Virus record (IMG/VR): IMGVR_UViG_3300031963_009547
Direction: 5' to 3' (one strand)
Length of the DNA: 64,000 bases
Source of the DNA: a virus
The position numbers were made by a program, and so were the translations under genes. This document shows positions 8,299 to 16,440 of this stretch, piece by piece (within the stretch, counting starts at the first letter, position 1; each line of letters starts with the position of its first letter). Below the pieces are notes generated by a model, which was given only the letters and a program-made list of their open reading frames with translations, searched no databases and was not told the DNA's origin.

Positions 8299-10335
8299 TT
8301 ATTTCTTTCTTTTTGTTGGTTTTTTTATTTTAACGTCAGTTTTCTTTTCCTTTTCGTTATACGTTAAAATAAATTTAGAACCTTTTTCAGGATTATCAGT
8401 TAAAATTTTTTCTGTGATTGCATCATCCACCCACTTCTGAACCGTTCTTTTTAGAATACGTGCCCCAAATCTTGTATCAGTACCAACCTCAGTTAAATGT
8501 TTTTTCAAAGTACCATCAACCTCAACTGTGTATTCTAATTTTTCAATTCTTTCATAGAATTTATTTAACTCTAAATCAACAATCTTTAATAAATCATCTT
8601 GGTTTAAATCTTTGAAGTATACGATGTCATCAAAACGGTTGATGAATTCAGGTGCAAACTTTTTGAACAATTCTTTTTCTAACAAAGATTTAATTTCCTC
8701 GTCTTTTCTTTCGGTTTTTGTTGATGTTGAAAACCCAACTCCTGTACCAAAATCCTGAACTACTTTTGTACCTACGTTTGATGTCATTAAAATGATACAA
8801 TTTTTGAAATTAATTTTTCTTCCATGACCATCAGTCAACATACCTTCATCTAACATTTGTAAAAATACATTAAAGATTTCAGGGTGTGCTTTTTCAATCT
8901 CATCTAATAAAATTACAGAGTAAGGTTTGTTTTTTATTTTGTTTAAGAAAGGTGAACCTTCTTCATAACCAACATAACCTGGTGACGTTCCTGTTAATTT
9001 TGATGTTGAAATTTTGTCAGAAAACTCACTCATGTCTAATCTGATAAGTGCGTCCTCACTATTGAACATGTGTTTTGCCAATTGTTTTGCCAACTCAGTT
9101 TTACCAACGCCTGAATTACCAATCAACAATCCACTAAAGATTGGTTTTTTGGGGTCATTAAGACCGACGCGGTTTCTTTGAATTGCTCTTGCAATTTTTG
9201 CCACAGCATCGTCCTGACCGATTACCCTTGTCGATAACGTATCTTTTAATGTAATAAGTTGTGAAGTCTCATCTGTAGTAATCTTATTGATTGGAATTTT
9301 TGTCATCAAAGAAACTACATCATAAACAACGTCTTCAGTTACCTCACGACGGTATAAATCTCTATTTTCTTCAAACTTTCGTTTTTCGTTTTCAAGTTCA
9401 GCTAAAACCTTTCTTTCTTTATCACGAAGATTTGCGGCTTCCTCATATTTTTGTTTGTTGATTACGTCTAATTTTTCCTCTTTGATTTTAGCAGCCTCTT
9501 TTTTAAGTTCCTCAATAATTTCAGGTAATTTAATTTCTACCTGTGAACGTGCACCAACCTCATCAATAATATCAAACGCTTTATCAGGAAACTCACGGTC
9601 TGTAATATATCTATCTGCCAATTCAACACATAGTTTTAGTATATCATCACTATAACTTACTTTGTGGTGGTTTTCATAACGGTCTTTTGAGTTCTGTAGG
9701 ATTTGTAAAGTTTCTTCTTTAGTTGAAGGGTCTACAATTACCTTTTGAAAACGTCTTTCTAATGCTCCGTCCTTTTCAATATTTTTACGATACTCCTCCA
9801 ATGTGGTTGCACCAATACATTGTAATTCTCCACGGGATAATGCTGGTTTGAAGATGTTGGATGCGTCCATAGAACCTGATGAATTACCCGCACCAATCAT
9901 AGTATGAATTTCATCAATAAAAACAATAATGTCAGGATGGTCATATAACTCCTCCATAATTACTTTCATTCGTTCTTCAAATTGACCACGATATTTTGTA
10001 CCAGCAACTACAGATGTCATATCTAAAGAAACTATTCTTTTACCCGCCAAATTTTGTGGACAATCACCCTCAAAGATTTTCTTAGCTAATCCTTCCACAA
10101 TTGCGGTTTTACCACAACCTGGTTCACCAATTATAATTGGGTTATTTTTCTTTCTACGAGAAAGGATTTGAGCAATCCTATTAATCTCATCTTCCCTACC
10201 AATTACAGGGTCTAATTTACCTTCTTCTGCGGCTTTGATTAAATCACGAGAAAAGTTATCTAAAACAGGTGTTTTTGATGAGCTATCTTGTGTTTTGTTT
10301 TTTGGTTTTTCGTTTCCGTCTGCTGAGTCAATCAT
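8299..10335 (-). CDS. clpC: ClpC-like Hsp100 AAA+ unfoldase lacking the N-terminal repeat domain
   Basis: Two AAA modules ([13 protein letters not shown]; [15 protein letters not shown]), KYRGQFEER and GYVG pore loops, short UVR-type M domain ([11 protein letters not shown]), GVGF ClpP-docking loop, GARILKR. Confidence 0.92.
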   Translation of the reverse strand: MIDSADGNEKPKNKTQDSSSKTPVLDNFSRDLIKAAEEGKLDPVIGREDEINRIAQILSRRKKNNPIIIGEPGCGKTAIVEGLAKKIFEGDCPQNLAGKRIVSLDMTSVVAGTKYRGQFEERMKVIMEELYDHPDIIVFIDEIHTMIGAGNSSGSMDASNIFKPALSRGELQCIGATTLEEYRKNIEKDGALERRFQKVIVDPSTKEETLQILQNSKDRYENHHKVSYSDDILKLCVELADRYITDREFPDKAFDIIDEVGARSQVEIKLPEIIEELKKEAAKIKEEKLDVINKQKYEEAANLRDKERKVLAELENEKRKFEENRDLYRREVTEDVVYDVVSLMTKIPINKITTDETSQLITLKDTLSTRVIGQDDAVAKIARAIQRNRVGLNDPKKPIFSGLLIGNSGVGKTELAKQLAKHMFNSEDALIRLDMSEFSDKISTSKLTGTSPGYVGYEEGSPFLNKIKNKPYSVILLDEIEKAHPEIFNVFLQMLDEGMLTDGHGRKINFKNCIILMTSNVGTKVVQDFGTGVGFSTSTKTERKDEEIKSLLEKELFKKFAPEFINRFDDIVYFKDLNQDDLLKIVDLELNKFYERIEKLEYTVEVDGTLKKHLTEVGTDTRFGARILKRTVQKWVDDAITEKILTDNPEKGSKFILTYNEKEKKTDVKIKKPTKRKK

Positions 10336-10350
10336 ATTTTAGTTTTTTAT

Positions 10351-10358
10351 CAAATTTA
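10351..10358 (-). promoter_or_regulatory. Bacteroidota-type -7 element (TAAATTTG) for clpC
   Basis: TAnnTTTG about 16 nt upstream of the start. Confidence 0.5.
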
Positions 10359-10508
10359 ACTTATATAAACTGAATAATCAATTATTTTTAGGTTTTTGTC
10401 ATAATGTCATATATAAATTTGACTTTACTGACATTTTGTCATATATTTAGTAGTGGCACATATTTAGTGTAAAAATACAAAAATAAACTTATAAAATGAA
10501 ATAATACT

Positions 10509-10871
10509 ATGATTAACTGGAGAGAATTTGATGAAATGTTTGATAAAATGTTTTCTATGAGGTCAGATTTTTTTAACGACAAGAGTTGGAATTACAAAAC
10601 CTATAAATCACCTGATGGAAAATATTCATACACATACATGTCAAAAGGGTTTCAACCAACAGATGAATTAGATGAATTAAAAAATAAATTAGATGTTGCT
10701 GTTGAAGAACAAAATTTTGAGGAAGCCGTTAAGTTAAGAGACCAAATTAAGAGTTTAGAAAAAAACAAAGAAAAGATTTCGGAGTTACAAACTAAATTAG
10801 ATGAATGTATTAAAAAACAAGATTTTGAAAAGGCGATTGAATATCGAGATAAAATAAAGGCTCTCAAATAA
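10509..10871 (+). CDS. tandem UVR (UvrB/UvrC motif) protein
   Basis: LKNKLDVAVEEQNFEEAVKLRDQI and LQTKLDECIKKQDFEKAIEYRDKI. Confidence 0.85.
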   Translation: MINWREFDEMFDKMFSMRSDFFNDKSWNYKTYKSPDGKYSYTYMSKGFQPTDELDELKNKLDVAVEEQNFEEAVKLRDQIKSLEKNKEKISELQTKLDECIKKQDFEKAIEYRDKIKALK

Positions 10872-10875
10872 CAAG

Positions 10876-10899
10876 AATCCACCTTCGGGTGGATTTTTT
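10876..10899 (+). terminator. intrinsic terminator with C(UUCG)G loop
   Basis: AATCCACC-TTCG-GGTGGATTTTTT. Confidence 0.85.
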
Positions 10900-10943
10900 G
10901 TTTACAACTATTTTACCAATCATTATTTTTTAAATAAAAAATT

Positions 10944-11198
10944 ATGGCAATAACAAGAACTGATATAGTTGGCACAAAAATTATTTGTGAAATTGAGTCT
11001 TCTAATTTAGTTAAGACTGAATATGATAGTGAAACAAATATGCTAATCGCAACATTTAAAAATGGTATTATGTATGAATATGAAGAAGTTCCACACAAAA
11101 TTTACGCACAATTCAGACTTGCAGAATCACAAGGAAAATTCTTTAATACAGAGATTGCAAGACAATACAAATACAAAAAAGTGGAAGAAACAGAATAA
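10944..11198 (+). CDS. KTSC domain protein
   Basis: SSNLVKTEYDSETNMLIATFKNGIMYEYEEVP...AESQGKFFN. Confidence 0.9.
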   Translation: MAITRTDIVGTKIICEIESSNLVKTEYDSETNMLIATFKNGIMYEYEEVPHKIYAQFRLAESQGKFFNTEIARQYKYKKVEETE

Positions 11199-11215
11199 CC
11201 TATGTATTTATAGGT

Positions 11216-11989
11216 ATGGAAAGTGATAGTAAAATCATTAATAGTTTATATCTTCAAGACGAATTAAATCCCGACATTTGGTATCTACCGAATGAAAAAC
11301 ACATGGGAGACCCTGAGGCACAGTTTTATAAACTTAAACCCGAAATCAAAGAAAGACTTCTTAAAGTAAGTGAAATATTTTTAGATTATATCGACATTGA
11401 TATATATGTTCACGACATCATTCTTATTGGTTCATTAACGGGTTATAATTGGTCTGATTTTTCAGACTTTGATGTTCATATTCTTTATGATTTTAATGAT
11501 GCTGGCGAAAACGCTGATTTATATAGAGAATTATTTCATTTGAAAAAAACCGTATTTAATGCGAAGCACGACATAAAAATTAAAGGGTATGAAGTTGAAA
11601 TGTTCATACAGGATTTAAATGAAAAAGAAACTAGTGCTGGTTCATACTCTGTGTTATATAACAAATGGTTAAGGTCCCCTGAAAAAGAAAACTTCAAAAT
11701 TGATAAGAAGATTATTAAAGAAAAGGCTAATCAATGGATGAGAATTATTGACGGTGTTTTAGAAAATGCTGAAGAGGAAGATTTAAACGACGCAATAAAA
11801 TTAGTTTCAAAATATAGAGAAAAATTAAGAAAATATAGAACCTGTGGGCTTAAAAAAGAAGGAGAGTTTTCTTATGAAAATTTGGTATTTAAATTCTTAA
11901 GAAGAAATGGTTATATATCCAAATTAGAAGATTTCAAAAACAAAATTACTGATAAAAAATTATCATTAGAACAAGAAATTGGCGAATAA
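11216..11989 (+). CDS. Pol-beta superfamily nucleotidyltransferase
   Basis: LIGSLTGYNWSDFSDFDVH (hGS..DxD) with a third acidic residue in YEVEMF. Confidence 0.75.
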   Translation: MESDSKIINSLYLQDELNPDIWYLPNEKHMGDPEAQFYKLKPEIKERLLKVSEIFLDYIDIDIYVHDIILIGSLTGYNWSDFSDFDVHILYDFNDAGENADLYRELFHLKKTVFNAKHDIKIKGYEVEMFIQDLNEKETSAGSYSVLYNKWLRSPEKENFKIDKKIIKEKANQWMRIIDGVLENAEEEDLNDAIKLVSKYREKLRKYRTCGLKKEGEFSYENLVFKFLRRNGYISKLEDFKNKITDKKLSLEQEIGE

Positions 11990-12032
11990 TTGAAAATTAT
12001 CAATTAACGATATATTTATATAGAAAAAAATT

Positions 12033-12224
12033 ATGCCAACAACAGCGTGTACTTCATATTATACTACGGTAGTAAAAGGTTATGTTCCTGGTTCAGGTGA
12101 TACACTTGGAACCGTAGTTACATTTACTACCCCAAAACCGGATTACGGTACTCAGACTAATGATAGTACTAATTTACAATGTAATGCTGTAACATTAGGT
12201 GGCTTTAATGGATTAAACAATTAA
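12033..12224 (+). CDS. small hypothetical virion protein
   Basis: 63-aa T/G-rich ORF after TATTTATA (12013-12020). Confidence 0.6.
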   Translation: MPTTACTSYYTTVVKGYVPGSGDTLGTVVTFTTPKPDYGTQTNDSTNLQCNAVTLGGFNGLNN

Positions 12225-12238
12225 AAAATAATATTAAA

Positions 12239-13585
12239 ATGGCAGATTTAAGACCAATTGGTAGTGAAAAATTAGAAGGAGTGGATAAGTTGAGAAGGAT
12301 TATGGAAATCGCAACTTATAAAGAAACCCCAAAAACTGAATTAAATAATTTGTCAACAACAAATTATACCATTCAATTATCTGATGGTAACTTTTATGGT
12401 ATTGTAAAAGAAAGACAAGGGTATATTATTAAAACAGGTGTCAATGAGTCTAACATGGATTATTCGGACCCTATGAAAAATAGAAAATATTATCGTTCAT
12501 ATTCAGAAGCGATGAAAAAATTAAATTTAATTGTTGCTGAAACAAATAGAATAACTGGTAATGATAATGAAATTCCACTTATTGGTGAACAACCTGAGGT
12601 AAAAAAAAAATTCGTACTGAAAACAGCTAAAAAGGACACACCTGCTCCTGAAGCTCCCGCACCTGATATGGCGACTCCGGCTCCTGAAGCACCAGCTTCC
12701 GAAGCACCGGCTCCAGAAGTACCGTCTCCCGTAGCACCTGCCGATGACATGTCAGCCCCAACACCTGAAATGGGTGGAGATACTGATATGGGAATGGGTC
12801 TCGACATGGGTGGAGAGGAAACACCAGAAGAACCAGAAATGCCAATGGCACCTGGAGACGCACCTATGTTAGATAATGAAACCGATGTAGAAGGTGATGA
12901 TGAAGAAGGCGGACCAAGTAATTTAAAATTAATCCAAAAACTTACAGGTAAATTAAGTCAAAAATTAAGAATGTTTGATAAAGATAAGGGACTTGATTCA
13001 CAAGATATTAAATACGTAATTAATTCAATAGTGTCAGCTATTAATTTAAGTAAGTTAGATGACGACGATAGAGAAGACATCGTAGATAAAATTGAAGGGT
13101 TTGATGAGTATGGTAAAGAAGGTGAAGGTGATTTAGACTTTGATATGGGAGAGTTTGATATGGGGGGTGAAGAAATGCCAACTGACGAAATGCCAACTGA
13201 CGAAATGCCAACTGACGAAATGCCAACTGACGAAATGCCAATCGAACCCGAAACTAAAGAAGGGTATCAAACTGTAATGGATTCAATTTTTGGTGAGTCT
13301 CAAGTTGAGAAAGTTTTATCAGGTTATTTTGATTTTAAAGAAGAGGAAGCTCCGATTTTAGAGGTAAAAAGTAAAATGGACTTTTTAAAAAATAAAATTA
13401 ATAGAATTTCACAAAAACAAGAATTAAAAAATTTATCAGTTAATGAAACACAAATGAAGGCTGGGTTAGTTCTTTTGGAACAATACGATAACTCAACTCT
13501 AATAGGTAGAACTAATAAAAATAATTTAGTTTTTAATATTAATAATAGAGAAGTTAAACTTACACCAAACGGTAGAACTATATGA
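12239..13585 (+). CDS. acidic low-complexity head-assembly-region protein
   Basis: 448 aa with APE/DMG/EMPTD repeats, in the operon leading to TerL. Confidence 0.75.
   Translation: MADLRPIGSEKLEGVDKLRRIMEIATYKETPKTELNNLSTTNYTIQLSDGNFYGIVKERQGYIIKTGVNESNMDYSDPMKNRKYYRSYSEAMKKLNLIVAETNRITGNDNEIPLIGEQPEVKKKFVLKTAKKDTPAPEAPAPDMATPAPEAPASEAPAPEVPSPVAPADDMSAPTPEMGGDTDMGMGLDMGGEETPEEPEMPMAPGDAPMLDNETDVEGDDEEGGPSNLKLIQKLTGKLSQKLRMFDKDKGLDSQDIKYVINSIVSAINLSKLDDDDREDIVDKIEGFDEYGKEGEGDLDFDMGEFDMGGEEMPTDEMPTDEMPTDEMPTDEMPIEPETKEGYQTVMDSIFGESQVEKVLSGYFDFKEEEAPILEVKSKMDFLKNKINRISQKQELKNLSVNETQMKAGLVLLEQYDNSTLIGRTNKNNLVFNINNREVKLTPNGRTI
13172..13241 (+). repeat. perfect 15-bp tandem repeat GAAATGCCAACTGAC x4.7 (EMPTD)
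   Basis: Four identical units plus a 10-nt partial unit, in frame. Confidence 0.95.
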
Positions 13586-13983
13586 ATTTAGTTTTTATAA
13601 ATGAATTAGGACCCAATTTTAGGGGAGATAACATTTATGAATTTATATTTTCAGATATTGATGACGTACACGGTGATGAGTGGGATAGTGAAACAGCAAA
13701 TGGAAAACCAACACCACCTTACGTTGAATTTATAAAAAAAGTTGGTGTATTAAAAAATTCTGAGGTTGAGTTAGAATTGATACAAAATTCAGATTTTTTT
13801 GGAATGTACGATTCTGTTGACGGTGTAATTGCTTTGGGTTGGGAAAAACCTGATAATTATGAAGGGAAAAGATTAGTATTTCAATATGGTGAAAGTATTG
13901 AAATTGTAGAAAATAAATTATACGAGAAGGACATCGTATTAAAATGGGAAAAAAATTTAGTTAGTGATGAGACATATGAATAA
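13582..13983 (+). CDS. hypothetical phage protein
   Basis: 133 aa; ATGA overlap with the upstream gene. Confidence 0.75.
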   Translation: MNLVFINELGPNFRGDNIYEFIFSDIDDVHGDEWDSETANGKPTPPYVEFIKKVGVLKNSEVELELIQNSDFFGMYDSVDGVIALGWEKPDNYEGKRLVFQYGESIEIVENKLYEKDIVLKWEKNLVSDETYE

Positions 13984-14623
13984 TAAAATAGCAAAACTTT
14001 TACACGAAGGGTTTTCGATGACAACTTTAGAAGGACTTAACGAAAAACAATTATCTGTTTTATTTAATAAAATTGTTTCAGAACAACCTAAACCTATTGA
14101 AAAAACAGTCACATCTAAAGTAATCGAATTACCCACAGGTGCAAAGACGGCTTTGGGTGGTGCAACCGTATCAAATGAAGCCGGTAAAACTGTTATCACC
14201 ACAACACCAACAGAAGGTGAAATTGGTGAAGAAGAGGAAGTAGATGTTACAAATGTGGATAAAGGTGAGGACGACCAAGACCCAATTCAAATACAAGGTC
14301 CTGATGGGATGGGTGAAGGTTACATTTCAGAAAAGGCAGTTTCAAAACAACAACAAAAAATTATGGGTTTAGCACTTTCAGTTAAAAGAGGTGATACTCC
14401 TAAATCAAAAGTTTCTAAACAAGTTCAAAAAATGGCAAAAGAAATGACAAAAAAAGAACTTGAGGATTTTGCTTCAACAAAACATAAAGGTTTACCTAAA
14501 ACAGTTGATGAAAAAGAGGAAGTAGAAAAATTAGAGGAAAGTATCTTAAGAATTATTGAAAATCATTTACCTCCTCACACTACAAAAGGTGAATTACTAA
14601 ATTATATTAGAAGAAACAAATAA
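13964..14623 (+). CDS. protein with DUF3008-like basic domain
   Basis: KAVSKQQQKIMGLALSVKRG...MTKKELEDFASTKHKGLP; exact start uncertain (13964, 13967 or 13976). Confidence 0.65.
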   Translation: MMRHMNNKIAKLLHEGFSMTTLEGLNEKQLSVLFNKIVSEQPKPIEKTVTSKVIELPTGAKTALGGATVSNEAGKTVITTTPTEGEIGEEEEVDVTNVDKGEDDQDPIQIQGPDGMGEGYISEKAVSKQQQKIMGLALSVKRGDTPKSKVSKQVQKMAKEMTKKELEDFASTKHKGLPKTVDEKEEVEKLEESILRIIENHLPPHTTKGELLNYIRRNK

Positions 14624-14626
14624 TGA

Positions 14627-16402
14627 ATGTCTCTTTCAAAAGAACAAATACTATTAGAATATGCTAAATGTGCTCATGATACACCATATGCACTAAGAAC
14701 ATATTTACAAACCTACGATAACACACAATCCAAATACGTACCGTTAGAATTATTTAATGACCAAGTAACTTTGGTTAAGGATTATGATACTTGTGAAGAA
14801 AATATCGCACTTAAGTATCGTCAGGCCGGTGTATCAACAGTAACATCTGCATGGGCATCAAAACGATTGGTATTTGCTAAAAAATCAAAACCAGAAAAAA
14901 TCCTAATTATTGCAAACAAACTTGATACTGCCGTGGAAATGGCGAATAAAGTTCGTGCGTTTGTAGAACAATGGCCAAGTTGGTTAGGTGTTGGGTTTTC
15001 TCCTGAGAAAAATGCAGCAAGACACTTTAAGTTAACTAATGGTTGTGAGGTTAAAGCTGTGGCAACATCAAAAGATGCACTTCGTGGTTATACCCCTACT
15101 ATTCTTATTTTTGATGAGGCAGCATATATTGATGCAGATGAAGATTTCTGGTCTGCTTGTATGGCGTCCCTTTCAACGGGAGGTAAAGTAATCGTGATTT
15201 CAACACCAAACGGATTCGACCCAATCTATTATTCAATCTATAGTCAGGCTGTTAAAGGTATGAATGACTTTAGAATTACAGAAATGTATTGGTTTCGTGA
15301 CCCTCGTTATTCTAAAGACTTAAAACTTGTTAAAGTAGAAGATATAATTCACTATATGTTAAATAGGGGTGATTATAGAGATGAGGATATTGTATTAGAC
15401 TATTCTGAGATTAAAGTTGCGGATAGAGATTTTGAAGAAATAAAACAAAAAATAGAAAAGGGTTATAAACCTTATTCGTCGTGGTTTGAAGCCATGTCAA
15501 AAAAATTAAAGTTTGATAAACGTAAAATTTCACAAGAGTTAGAGTGTAACTTTTTAGGTTCAGGGGATAACGTAATTCCACCTGAAACCATGAAAAAAAT
15601 CAAAGAAAATTTTATAAAAGAACCTGAAAATAAATTTATGGGTGGTGCTTTGTGGCAGTGGAAAGAACCAATTGCAGGTCACAAGTACATTATGGGTATT
15701 GACGTTTCTCGTGGTGATAGTGAAGACTTTACAACTTTTACTATTATTGATTTTGATGATAGAGAACAAGTGTTAGAATATATTGGAAAAGTCCCGCCTG
15801 ATGTGGTTGCAGAAATTGCTTTCAAATGGGCAACTATGTATAACGCATTTATCGTTACCGATATTACTGGTGGTATGGGGGTTGCTACTTCCCGTAAATT
15901 ACAAGAACTTGGTTATAAAAATCTTTATGTTGATGGAATAAATCCTGCCGATAAATGGAAATGGGACCCAAAACAGAATGATAAAATACCTGGTATTAAT
16001 TTTAATTCGAAAAGAGTTTTAATTGTTCAGGCGTTTGAAGAGGCTTTAAGATTTGGGTTTATTATAAGGTCTCAGAGGTTATTTAATGAACTTAATACGT
16101 TTGTATACGTGAATGGTAGACCTGACCACCAAAAAGGTCAACATGATGATTTAATTATGGCTATGGCCATGGCAATTTATGTTGGTGAATCGTCATTCGC
16201 TAAATTAGAGAAAGCAACAGAACAAGCAAAGGCGATGATTGAGTCTTGGACAACAGAAAAACGTGATTTCAGAGATTCTTCACAAAATTTTAATCCGGGG
16301 TTACCTGTTGACATATATAACCAATACAGAATGGGTGGGTATCAATCAACAAAGAATGATTATGAAAAGTATTTATGGTTATTCAGTAACAAAAGAGTTT
16401 AA
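14627..16402 (+). CDS. terL: terminase large subunit (T4 gp17-like)
   Basis: KYRQAGVST Walker A variant, LIFDEAA Walker B, ISTPNG coupling motif, QELEC, GIDVSRG and HDDLIMA nuclease motifs. Confidence 0.93.
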   Translation: MSLSKEQILLEYAKCAHDTPYALRTYLQTYDNTQSKYVPLELFNDQVTLVKDYDTCEENIALKYRQAGVSTVTSAWASKRLVFAKKSKPEKILIIANKLDTAVEMANKVRAFVEQWPSWLGVGFSPEKNAARHFKLTNGCEVKAVATSKDALRGYTPTILIFDEAAYIDADEDFWSACMASLSTGGKVIVISTPNGFDPIYYSIYSQAVKGMNDFRITEMYWFRDPRYSKDLKLVKVEDIIHYMLNRGDYRDEDIVLDYSEIKVADRDFEEIKQKIEKGYKPYSSWFEAMSKKLKFDKRKISQELECNFLGSGDNVIPPETMKKIKENFIKEPENKFMGGALWQWKEPIAGHKYIMGIDVSRGDSEDFTTFTIIDFDDREQVLEYIGKVPPDVVAEIAFKWATMYNAFIVTDITGGMGVATSRKLQELGYKNLYVDGINPADKWKWDPKQNDKIPGINFNSKRVLIVQAFEEALRFGFIIRSQRLFNELNTFVYVNGRPDHQKGQHDDLIMAMAMAIYVGESSFAKLEKATEQAKAMIESWTTEKRDFRDSSQNFNPGLPVDIYNQYRMGGYQSTKNDYEKYLWLFSNKRV

Positions 16403-16440
16403 TTTAACACGGATGAACTTATTATTTAAATAAAAAAATT

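Noticed and set aside
8299-10335. ClpB call or truncated pseudogene
   Set aside because: The short UVR-type M domain and GVGF loop fit ClpC; the frame is intact with its own ATG and promoter-like box
13172-13241. Direct repeats as a possible CRISPR array
   Set aside because: 15-bp units with no spacers, in frame within a CDS; no CRISPR array or cas gene seen in the window
14627-16402. Terminase Walker A without the usual Lys (RQAGVST), or an intein/intron
   Set aside because: All other motifs are intact, similar Walker A variants occur in large T4-like phages, and no intein or intron signature was seen in TerL, portal, capsid or the visible polymerase
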